Of a stretch of DNA of 64,000 bases, positions 35,481 through 43,136 are shown piece by piece. The stretch is from Thermoanaerobaculia bacterium (lineage in GTDB: Bacteria; Acidobacteriota; Thermoanaerobaculia; Gp7-AA8), in contig JBAZBK010000011.1 of NCBI GenBank assembly GCA_041671505.1, positions 20,830 through 84,829 on the forward strand. Reading direction: 5' to 3'. The first letter of the stretch is position 1; the number at the start of each line of letters is the position of its first letter. The notes beneath the pieces were generated by a model. The model saw only the letters and a program-made list of their open reading frames with translations, had not been told where the DNA came from and did not search any database. The translations under genes and the position numbers were made by a program.

Positions 35481-35678
35481 GGCGAGAGGCGATAGGCGAG
35501 AGGCGATAGGCGAGAGGCGATGAGCCGGCCACCGCCGTCTGCGTCGGCAAAGTTCATGTCTCGGGCCGCGGAAGTCAGCGACCGTGCGCGGGACCGCACC
35601 AGCCTCCGGCGTCTGGTGCTGCCCGGCATTCCGCAATCCCGCTCCCCTCGTCGCCTCCCGCCTGTCGCCTCTCGCCTC
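35481..35678. repeat. Heptamer-array inverted repeat, GGCGARR family, locus B
   Basis: The left arm at 35481-35529 reads GGCGAGA GGCGATA GGCGAGA GGCGATA GGCGAGA GGCGATG AGCCGGC. The right arm at 35649-35678 reads CGTCGCC TCCCGCC TGTCGCC TCTCGCC TC. The centre is ~120 nt and unique. Confidence 0.9.
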
Positions 35679-35710
35679 CGACGGCAGAATTTCGCCACCC
35701 GGCCGGATCG

Positions 35711-36826
35711 TTGGACATTGTGATCATGGCCATGAGAGGCGCGACTCTCGAGGATGCGCTCCACGCCCGCACGACAGAGAGCCGCGAGCTCGTGGAGGCG
35801 CTCGACGCCGGCGCGATCCGCTGCGTCGCGTGCGCTCATCGATGCCGCATTCAGCCGGGGCATGCCGGTGTCTGCAGGATCCGCTGGAACGACGAAGGGA
35901 AGCTGATGGTTCCGCGAGGGTACGTCGCGGGCATCGCCGTCGACCCGATCGAGAAGAAGCCGTTCTTTCACGCCTACCCTGGCGCGAACGCGCTGTCGTT
36001 CGGCATGCTCGGCTGCGACTACAAGTGCGGCTACTGCCAGAACTGGATCACCTCGCAGTCGTTGCGCGACCCCGTCGCGGGAGCGGAGCCCCGCGACATC
36101 GAGCCCGAAGAGATCATCGCGCTCGCGAAGAAGCACCACGCGCGCGTTCTCACCTCGACGTACAACGAGCCGCTTATCACCTCCGAGTGGGCCGTCGAGG
36201 TCTTCCGTCTCGGAAAGGCCGAAGGTCTTGCGTGCTCGTACGTGTCGAACGGCAACGGGACTCCCGAGGTGATCGAGTACATTGCTCCCTGGGTCGACCT
36301 CTACAAGATCGATCTCAAGGCCTTCGACGAGACGAGTTACCGGAAGTTAGGCGGCAGGCTCGGCCCGGTGCTCGACACGATCCGCGAGATTCACCGGCGA
36401 GGCATCTGGCTCGAGGTGCTGACGCTCGTCGTGCCCGGATTCAATTCGTCGGACGAGGAGCTGACGAAGATCGCGGAGTTCGTCGCGAGCGTCGATCCGC
36501 GGATTCCGTGGCATATCACCGCGTTCCACCAGGACTACAAGATGACGGCCAACGACGATACCGATGCCGGCACGCTGATGCGGGCGTGGAAGATCGGACG
36601 GAGTGCCGGACTGCACTACGTCTATCCGGGCAACATCCCTGGCGTGTTCGGCGATCTCGAAGGAACCCATTGCCCGTCGTGCGCAAAGCTCGTGGTCGGG
36701 CGTATCGGTTTCCGCGTCACGGCCTACCGGCTTCGCGACGGCTGCTGCCCCGATTGCGGCGAGCGCATCCCGGGGCGTTGGGCCGAGCCGGGCGACAACG
36801 GCGCCCGTCCGCGCGCCGTGTTCTGA
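35711..36826 (+). CDS. AmmeMemoRadiSam-system-type radical SAM enzyme (pyruvate formate-lyase activase-related)
   Basis: Contains the N-terminal Cys cluster IRCVACAHRCRIQPGHAGVCRIR, the segment DPIEKKPFFH, the radical SAM motif CDYKCGYCQNW, and the C-terminal pair CPSC...CPDCG. Family naming is from memory, and the exact start is uncertain (35711 or the Met codons a few positions downstream). Confidence 0.8.
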   Translation: MDIVIMAMRGATLEDALHARTTESRELVEALDAGAIRCVACAHRCRIQPGHAGVCRIRWNDEGKLMVPRGYVAGIAVDPIEKKPFFHAYPGANALSFGMLGCDYKCGYCQNWITSQSLRDPVAGAEPRDIEPEEIIALAKKHHARVLTSTYNEPLITSEWAVEVFRLGKAEGLACSYVSNGNGTPEVIEYIAPWVDLYKIDLKAFDETSYRKLGGRLGPVLDTIREIHRRGIWLEVLTLVVPGFNSSDEELTKIAEFVASVDPRIPWHITAFHQDYKMTANDDTDAGTLMRAWKIGRSAGLHYVYPGNIPGVFGDLEGTHCPSCAKLVVGRIGFRVTAYRLRDGCCPDCGERIPGRWAEPGDNGARPRAVF

Positions 36827-36827
36827 T

Positions 36828-36957
36828 ATGGAGTGCGCAAGCGAGGCTTGCGCTCTTCCACGCCGAAGCGAAGCTTCGGCGGTCAACTCCGATCGACGTT
36901 AGGCGGAAGCTGCGCTTCCGCCTGGAAGGGCGCAAGCTGCGCTTGCGCACTCCACAT
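36828..36957. repeat. Compound palindromic element between convergent genes, locus M (not heptamer-periodic)
   Basis: The arm at 36828-36882 reads ATGGAGTGCGCAAGCGAGGCTTGCGCTCTTCCACGCCGAAGCGAAGCTTCGGCGG. It is ~85% complementary to the arm at 36902-36957. Each arm also contains two local hairpins (GCGCAAGC/GCTTGCGC and GCCGAAGC/GCTTCGGC). Confidence 0.85.
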
Positions 36958-36960
36958 CAC

Positions 36961-38199
36961 TCACCGCACTCCCGACGTGTACGGCCCGAAGATCGATTTG
37001 ACCGTACCCGACTCGTCCTTGTTGTCGACGACGTAGACGCGGTAGGTCTTGCCGCCCGGCTCGACGCGGATCACGATGTGGCCCGCGTCGGACGCGACCT
37101 TCGTCGCGCGCGGCCCGATCGCCGCCTTCGTCGCGTCGCGGAACTGCGTGATGAAGACGTCGCGCGGCGCGCTCCAGATGCGCGTCGACAGCAACCGCTT
37201 GAGAACGTCGGGCGAAGGATGCGTCGGCGACCAGGCGGGAACGACGATGACTCGCGGCTGAAGTGTCCCGAGGGAAAACGGATTCGCCGGCTCGATCGAG
37301 CCATGGTGATTGACGACCATGACGTCGGTCTTCCCGATCGCCTTCGCGATCGGCGTCTCCATGTCCCACCATGCAGGCGCGCCGGGCTCCGGCTGGCCGT
37401 AGAGATCGCCACCTGTGTAGAAGCTGAACTTCCCATAACGAATGCGAAGCGCGATGCTGCAGCTGTTCTCCGGGGCGCGGTCTCCCTTTGGAAGTTCCTT
37501 CTGCGGCGGGAAGCGATCGACTACGTCGTTCCCTTTGCCGGTCCAGACGATGCCGTTGCCGGCGACGGCGCGAACCTCGAGCCCCGGGAACGCGGCGGCG
37601 TCGCGAACGGAGACGAGCTGGTCGCTGCGTCCGACGCGAATCTTCTCCCTGATGATTCCCCGAGACCTCGCGGTGTAGTCGGCGAATTTCCTGTAGTTGT
37701 CGATTACGTCGCCCACCGGAGTCGCGGGCTCGCCATAGTCGGGGAAACCCCGATCGACGAGCTTCCGGATCGGCACCTGTTCGTTCACCGCGGCGAGACC
37801 GACGACGGCGAACCCGCCTTCGGCCGACTTGCGCGCCGTCGGCTGCGGATTGCCGATGTGATCGGGATGGAAATGCGTCGCGACGGCGAAGTCGATCCGC
37901 ACGTCGTCACCGGCCACACGCTTCAGGTATCGCGCGATCCACTCTCCTGCGCCCCGGCTCGCGTCGGGCATCGCGGTCGCGAGCGGGATCCCCTCGCCCG
38001 CATCGCCCGCGTCGACTAGCAGCGTCGTCCCGTCGGGAAAGACGATGAACGCCGCATTGCCACGGCCGGTGCTGATCTGGTGGATGTCGAGGTGGCCCCG
38101 CGTCCAGGGTGGCAGGGTCGGCGACGGCGAATCGGCGAATGCGCTCGTCGCGCCTAACAACAGGAAGAGCACGACGGCGGAAAGGCGGAAGAGTCGCAT
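36961..38199 (-). CDS. Exported MBL-fold metallo-hydrolase (ComEC/Rec2-related lactamase-like domain)
   Basis: Has a signal peptide (MRLFRLSAVVLFLLLGATSAFA). MBL motifs are present (AAFIVFPDGTTLLVDAGD, ATHFHPDHIG, VVNHHGS). Confidence 0.7.
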   Translation of the reverse strand: MRLFRLSAVVLFLLLGATSAFADSPSPTLPPWTRGHLDIHQISTGRGNAAFIVFPDGTTLLVDAGDAGEGIPLATAMPDASRGAGEWIARYLKRVAGDDVRIDFAVATHFHPDHIGNPQPTARKSAEGGFAVVGLAAVNEQVPIRKLVDRGFPDYGEPATPVGDVIDNYRKFADYTARSRGIIREKIRVGRSDQLVSVRDAAAFPGLEVRAVAGNGIVWTGKGNDVVDRFPPQKELPKGDRAPENSCSIALRIRYGKFSFYTGGDLYGQPEPGAPAWWDMETPIAKAIGKTDVMVVNHHGSIEPANPFSLGTLQPRVIVVPAWSPTHPSPDVLKRLLSTRIWSAPRDVFITQFRDATKAAIGPRATKVASDAGHIVIRVEPGGKTYRVYVVDNKDESGTVKSIFGPYTSGVR

Positions 38200-38319
38200 G
38201 GTCACCTCGGGGGTCGGGGCTAAGCGGTTAGGGAATGCTCGAGCTGTCGGGTCGCTCCCGATTCTAGCAACGGTCACGATGGCGGCGAGGTCGCGCCGCG
38301 GGTTGTCACCGATTTGCTT

Positions 38320-38356
38320 CCGGCGAGGCCCGCGCGCCGACGCGCGTCCTCGCCGG
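38320..38356. other. 37-nt GC-rich near-perfect palindrome downstream of the ICMT-family gene
   Basis: The sequence CCGGCGAGG-CCCGCGCGCCGACGCGCGT-CCTCGCCGG has a 9-bp outer stem plus an inner CGCGCG/CGCGCG pairing. There is no U-tract on either strand, so it is not a canonical intrinsic terminator. Confidence 0.6.
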
Positions 38357-38389
38357 AGCTTCGGAGAAGCCGGCATCGGGAGCGGGGGT

Positions 38390-38980
38390 TCAGTAAACGA
38401 ACGGGATGAACCGCTTCGTTCGACGCATGTACTCGCGGTACGGCTCGCCGAGAGTCTCGACGAGCGCGATCTCTTCGGCGCGAACCCTTCGACTGTAGGC
38501 GCATGCGCTCAGCCCCATGAGAGCTGCGACGCTCAGCAGACTGCCAAGCGCGATTCCAACGCCGAGGAAGAGCAGGAGTCCCGCGGCGTAGGAAGGATGG
38601 CGAACCCAGCGGTACGGGCCGTCCTGGATGACGGGCTGGTCTTGAGTGACGGTCACCGTGCCGGTGAAATGGCGGCCGAGGGTCCGAAAGCAGATCCGGC
38701 GGAGCACGCCACCAGAAAGGAGCAGCAGAGTGCCGACAACGAGCGCGGCGCGCGGTTGAGGAATCAGCCCCCACGGCACGAACGCGAGGCCGAATGCGAG
38801 AACGATCGCGGTCTGGTTCGCGATGAGGATGAAGCGCATCGTCCCCTGATCCTGCGGGCCCGGCTCGCTCGAGAGCGACTTCCGGATGAGCTTTCCCTCC
38901 GCGACGAAGGCCCAGACGTAGATGATCCAGAAGGCGATTGCTTCCGGGTAGCGGAAGACCGGCGGGACGTTGATCTGCAT
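38390..38980 (-). CDS. Isoprenylcysteine carboxyl methyltransferase (ICMT)/phospholipid methyltransferase family membrane protein
   Basis: Has multiple TM helices and the family motif GPYRWVRHPSYAAGLLLFLG, followed by EE..L...LG..Y..Y near the C-terminus. Confidence 0.8.
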   Translation of the reverse strand: MQINVPPVFRYPEAIAFWIIYVWAFVAEGKLIRKSLSSEPGPQDQGTMRFILIANQTAIVLAFGLAFVPWGLIPQPRAALVVGTLLLLSGGVLRRICFRTLGRHFTGTVTVTQDQPVIQDGPYRWVRHPSYAAGLLLFLGVGIALGSLLSVAALMGLSACAYSRRVRAEEIALVETLGEPYREYMRRTKRFIPFVY

Positions 38981-39075
38981 GAGCGGCTCCAGTGTCCTCG
39001 AAAACCGGCTCCGGGAGAAGGGCGGGCGACGGACGCGGCCTTCGCCGCGCCCGTCGCCGCTCCTGGCGATTCCGC

Positions 39076-41034
39076 TTACGCGCTCTTCTTGTCGGTCGCA
39101 GCCTTCCGGAAGTGCGAGATGAGGGTCGACGCGAGGCCTTCGAAGCTTCCTCCCCCGCCATTCGACGAGAGCGTCAGCACCTCCGGGACGATCCTCTGCT
39201 GGAACTTGCCTAACGCCTCGATCGCGTTGACGATCGCCGTCGCCTCGCGGCCGACCGCGTCGCGCTGCGCCTCGTAGCCCTTCGCGCGGGCGAGACCCAC
39301 CGCTTCGATCTCCGCGCTCTTCGCGCGACCGGTCTCGCGGATGTAGGTCGCCTCACCGTCGGCCTCGAGCTTGCGCGCGGCCGCCTCGTTGTTCTTGATC
39401 TCGACGCCGACCTGCGCCTGCGCGAGGCGAGCCTGCATGTCGGCCGTGCCGCGCGCCTTCTCGGTCTCGATGCGGACGCGCTCGGCCTCCTGCTGACGCT
39501 GATACGTCTGGATCTCCTGCGTCGCAATCTCGCGCTCGGTGAGCACCTTTACGAGCTCGGCCGGCAGCACCACGTCCTGGATGTAGACACCCTTTGTCAC
39601 CACGCGATACTGCGAAAGCTGCTGTTTGATGTGCGCGAGCGCCTGCTGCTGCACCTCCTGCCTCGTCTCGATGAAGCTGATCGCGGGCATGCTCTGCAGC
39701 TTGTCGCGGAAGTGATTCCCGACCGCGGCCTGCAGTACCTCGTTGACGAGGTTCTTCATCGTGCCGACGATCGAGATCACGTACGGCGCCTCGGTGTCGG
39801 GGACGTGGATCTGCACCTGTAGGTCGATCTTGAATACGAATCCCTCGCGGCTCTTCGCCTCGATCTGCTGCAGGCGCTCGTCGAGCTTGTGCGCCATCGA
39901 GACGGCGTTCGCCCAGTTGAGCGTCAGGATCGACGTCGGGACGATCTCCGCCTGGTAGCAGCGCGGGTTGATCGCGTACTTGCCGGTCCGCAGAGGCTCC
40001 TGCCAGATGCCGCGATGTCCCGGCCTGACGAGGCTTCCGTGCTGGAAGTCGGCGCCCGAGGTGTCCTTGGTCGGCAGGCCGACGAACGACTTCATGACCG
40101 CGACCTGGCCCTGCTGCACGACGAGCATGGGGACCTTTTCGACGCTTACGAGGAACGGATTCAGCGTGTAGCCGCCGTAGAGCAGCGGGTCGTGCTGCAT
40201 GCCGATGCGGCCGCCCGCCTCCAGAAACTTCTGAAAGTCCTGGTAGTTGTTGTGCAGCTCGTTCTTCGAACCGAGGATCGATTCGATGAGCTTCGCGTCC
40301 TGCTCTCCCGAGACTTCGAGCTCGCCGACGTCGCGAAAGCCGCCGATGCGGCTGGCGATGTCGCCCGCGGGGAGCGGATCTCCTTCGTATGCCGTGATGA
40401 TTCCGACCATGTCGATGATCTCGCCTTCAGTCACCTGCGGCTCGACACGCACGACTTCGAGCTGTTTCGGGTCGAGGCCGAACGCCTTGCAGCTGAGCCG
40501 TTCGTTTCGGCCGTTGCGGATCTGCAGCTCCGTCGAGACGGGGAGGCCGTAGACCTGGCTCTTCGTGATCACCAGGAAGCCGACGGGGTGGATCGGTACG
40601 AGCGTTCCCGGAGGGAGCACGGGGCGCTGCACGCCCTTCTGGCCACCCTTGCCGACGAACGAGCGGACGTCACTGAAGCTGCCGAAGACGCTCTTGTACG
40701 CGGCCGACTTCGCGCCGATCGGAAGCGGGGCGCCGACCTGCGCGATGACGACGCCGATCTCGCCCGCGGGGACCTGCACCCAGGGGAACTTGTCGACGCG
40801 ATAGAGCACCGCGAGCTTCCAGCGGAGCCCCGGCATCAGGAGATCGGCTTCGTAGCCGGCTTCGCCGCCGAAAGCGATCGGGTTGTCGTCGTGGAGCTTG
40901 CGGAACGAGAGTCGCTTCGTGACGAGGCCGACCTCGTTAGGTCCGATGCGGTGCAGCGACGCGAGGGAAAGCATCACGCCGCCTGCGACGATTGCGGCGA
41001 GCAGCGTGGTGAGGATGAGGCTTAGAAGAGTCAT
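39076..41034 (-). CDS. SPFH/Band 7 (flotillin-like) membrane protein, unusually long
   Basis: Has an N-terminal TM helix (MTLLSLILTTLLAAIVAGGVML), an SPFH-like core, and a flotillin-type Ala/Glu/Gln-rich coiled coil (QRQQEAERVRIETEKARGTADMQARLAQAQ...). The ATG at 41034 has a GGAGAAAGGAAG Shine-Dalgarno. The ORF is open to a GTG at 41064. Confidence 0.8.
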   Translation of the reverse strand: MTLLSLILTTLLAAIVAGGVMLSLASLHRIGPNEVGLVTKRLSFRKLHDDNPIAFGGEAGYEADLLMPGLRWKLAVLYRVDKFPWVQVPAGEIGVVIAQVGAPLPIGAKSAAYKSVFGSFSDVRSFVGKGGQKGVQRPVLPPGTLVPIHPVGFLVITKSQVYGLPVSTELQIRNGRNERLSCKAFGLDPKQLEVVRVEPQVTEGEIIDMVGIITAYEGDPLPAGDIASRIGGFRDVGELEVSGEQDAKLIESILGSKNELHNNYQDFQKFLEAGGRIGMQHDPLLYGGYTLNPFLVSVEKVPMLVVQQGQVAVMKSFVGLPTKDTSGADFQHGSLVRPGHRGIWQEPLRTGKYAINPRCYQAEIVPTSILTLNWANAVSMAHKLDERLQQIEAKSREGFVFKIDLQVQIHVPDTEAPYVISIVGTMKNLVNEVLQAAVGNHFRDKLQSMPAISFIETRQEVQQQALAHIKQQLSQYRVVTKGVYIQDVVLPAELVKVLTEREIATQEIQTYQRQQEAERVRIETEKARGTADMQARLAQAQVGVEIKNNEAAARKLEADGEATYIRETGRAKSAEIEAVGLARAKGYEAQRDAVGREATAIVNAIEALGKFQQRIVPEVLTLSSNGGGGSFEGLASTLISHFRKAATDKKSA

Positions 41035-41339
41035 GGCTCTTCCTTTCTCCACGCCTGCAGACACCCGTCAGCCGAAGGGTTGGATGCAGGCTGGGCTCTG
41101 CTCCACGAGGGGGACGCGCGAGGCGGCCGCACGCAAATCACGCGACGTTGGAGCAGTGCTCAGACGGGAGAGAGAGCCCGAGGGCTACGCGCGCCAGAAC
41201 CGGCGGTGCTGGGAATGCAGGCGGGGGACGTGGAGGAGAACGAAGGTACCGCTGTCCATGACCCTAACATGCATCCGCGCGGGCGAAACGTCAAGCTATC
41301 GAGAGGTGGATTGCGATGGGAGAGCGTGGAAAGGGCTGG

Positions 41340-41450
41340 GGAGCAAGGAGAAAGGAACAAGGAGCAAGGAGAAAGGGGAAGGGGACAAGGAGAAGGGATG
41401 CCACCGAGGGTCGGGTTCCCTTCTCCGTGCTCCTTTCTCCTTTCTCCTTC
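41340..41450. repeat. Heptamer-array hairpin, GGAGMAA family, locus K
   Basis: The left arm at 41340-41397 reads GGAGCAA GGAGAAA GGAACAA GGAGCAA GGAGAAA GGGGAAG GGGACAA GGAGAAG GG. After a ~20 nt loop, the right arm at 41418-41450 reads CCCTTCTCC GTGCTCC TTTCTCC TTTCTCC TTC and ends 4 nt before the ychF stop. Confidence 0.9.
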
Positions 41451-41454
41451 GGCC

Positions 41455-42540
41455 TCACCCGTGCCGGATGTTCATGATGTCGCCGTCCTGGACGACGTAG
41501 GTCTTGCCTTCGAGCTGCCAGTGGCCCGACTCCTTCGCCTTTGCGAACGACCCGCCGGCGGAGAGGAAGTCGTTCCAGTGCACCACCTCAGAGCGAATGA
41601 ACTTGGCATAGAAGTCGGAGTGGATCACTCCCGCCGCCTCCTGCGCCGTCATGCCGACGCGGATCGTCCAGGCCCGGCACTCGTCTTCGCCCACCGTCAG
41701 GAACGACTGCAGCCCGAGAAGCGCGTACGCCTCGCGGATCAGGGTGTCGAGCGCCGACTCCTCGATCCCGTACTCGTCCATGAAGACGCGCGCCTCCTCG
41801 GCCGACAGCGCCGAGATCTCCATGTCGATCTTGCCGAAGAATCCGAGCACGCGTGTGCGCAGCCCGGCCTTCGCCGCGGAGATGAGGGCGACCTCCTCCT
41901 TCAGGATCGGCTGCTGCGTCTCGTCGAGATTCAACGCGATCAGCATCGGCTTGAGTGACAGGAGCTGATAGGTCTTGAGGAGGTGAAGCTCGTCCTTCGA
42001 CAGGTCTTCGTTGCGGAGAGGCTTCTCCTCCTGCAGCCACGCGAGGCACTTCTCGAGGACCGGAAGCTCTTTCTTCATCAGCTCGTCGTGCGTGCGGCCG
42101 AGCTGCTTCCTGATCTTCTCGATGCGCGGCTCGAGCACCGCCATGTCGGCGATGATGAATTCGGTGTCGAGCGTCGTGACGTCGCGCAGCGGGTCGATCG
42201 TCCTGTCGGGATGCGGCACGGTGTCGTCCTGGAAGAGCCGGACGACGTGGATCATTGCGTCGTTCGTTTTCACCGCGGAAAAGAAGCCTGTCGTGAACTG
42301 TGTCGTGCCGCTCGAGCCCTTCTTCAGGCCGACGACGTCGACGAAGTCGATCGTGGCGTGGACCGTGCTTTTCGGCTTGAAGATTTCGGCGCTCTTCTCC
42401 AGCCGGGCGTCGGGGATCTTCACGATCCCGTGGTGCGGATCACCCTTGGCCAGCGTCGCCGCGTCGATGTGAGTTTTCGTGACCGCCTGGAACAGGGTCG
42501 ATTTTCCGGAGAAGGGGAGCCCGACGATGCCGATCTGCAT
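41455..42540 (-). CDS. ychF: Ribosome-binding ATPase YchF
   Basis: MQIGIVGLPFSGKSTLFQAVT (G1 motif) is present. The 361 aa protein has the TGS-like C-terminus ending DGDIMNIRHG. Confidence 0.92.
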   Translation of the reverse strand: MQIGIVGLPFSGKSTLFQAVTKTHIDAATLAKGDPHHGIVKIPDARLEKSAEIFKPKSTVHATIDFVDVVGLKKGSSGTTQFTTGFFSAVKTNDAMIHVVRLFQDDTVPHPDRTIDPLRDVTTLDTEFIIADMAVLEPRIEKIRKQLGRTHDELMKKELPVLEKCLAWLQEEKPLRNEDLSKDELHLLKTYQLLSLKPMLIALNLDETQQPILKEEVALISAAKAGLRTRVLGFFGKIDMEISALSAEEARVFMDEYGIEESALDTLIREAYALLGLQSFLTVGEDECRAWTIRVGMTAQEAAGVIHSDFYAKFIRSEVVHWNDFLSAGGSFAKAKESGHWQLEGKTYVVQDGDIMNIRHG

Positions 42541-42574
42541 GGAGTGAATACCTCAGGTTCGCGACGTTATCGCA

Positions 42575-42748
42575 GGCGGGAGGCGAAAGGCGAGAGGCGA
42601 TGAGGCGAGAGGCGATGATGCGAGAGTTCAAGGGGGCTTCCGATTCGTCCAATCCGAGGCCGAAGTCCGTAGGATTCGTGGCGGGTCAGAGCGACTGCGG
42701 CAGGCACCGCGCCTGCTCATCGCCTCTCGCCTTTCGCCTCTCGCCTCG
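42575..42748. repeat. Heptamer-array inverted repeat, GGCGARR family, locus C
   Basis: The left arm at 42575-42624 reads GGCGGGA GGCGAAA GGCGAGA GGCGATG, then a 1-nt slip (A), then GGCGAGA GGCGATG ATGCGAG. The right arm at 42711-42748 reads GCCTGCT CATCGCC TCTCGCC TTTCGCC TCTCGCC TCG. Confidence 0.9.
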
Positions 42749-42803
42749 TCCGTGGCTGGAGTTTTCCCGCCTCCACGGCTACCATGCGCTCCGCGGTCAC
42801 CGC

Positions 42804-43136
42804 ATGAGTGAGTTTGAGAAGGTCGCTGATGTCGCCGAGCTTCCTGTCGGAAGCGTGAAGGCGTATGTCGTCCGGGGGCGGAAGGTGGCCGTGTGCCATA
42901 CCGCGCGCGGATTTTTTGCAACCGACGATTCGTGCCCGCATCGCGGCGGACCGCTCAGTGAAGGGGATATTCTCGGCGACGAGATCGTCTGCCCCTGGCA
43001 CCTCTGGTCGTTCCGGCTCGACACCGGTCTAACCCCCAACAGCCTTCCCGGCATGCAGGTCCGCGTCACCATTCACGAAGTCCGTGTGGACGGTGATGCG
43101 GTCCTGGTCCGCCTGACGAACGAGGAGCGCCCGTGA
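42804..43136 (+). CDS. Rieske [2Fe-2S] domain protein (NirD-like small ferredoxin)
   Basis: The 110 aa protein has the Rieske ligand motifs CPHRGGPL and CPWHLWSF. The ATG at 42804 was chosen, and the upstream ORF extension lies in the repeat. Confidence 0.8.
   Translation: MSEFEKVADVAELPVGSVKAYVVRGRKVAVCHTARGFFATDDSCPHRGGPLSEGDILGDEIVCPWHLWSFRLDTGLTPNSLPGMQVRVTIHEVRVDGDAVLVRLTNEERP

Noticed and set aside
35584-38019. An 811-aa plus-strand ORF
   Set aside because: It starts inside repeat locus B, overlaps the radical SAM gene out of frame, and is then antisense to the MBL hydrolase. It is Arg-rich and is a shadow ORF.
39017-39060. A possible degenerate short member of the GGCGA heptamer family between the ICMT and SPFH genes (GAAGGGCGGGCGACGG...CCCGTCGCCGC)
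   Set aside because: Only an ~8-bp complementary core (GGCGACGG/CCGTCGCC) is present, and periodicity is not convincing over more than two units. The evidence is too weak to call.
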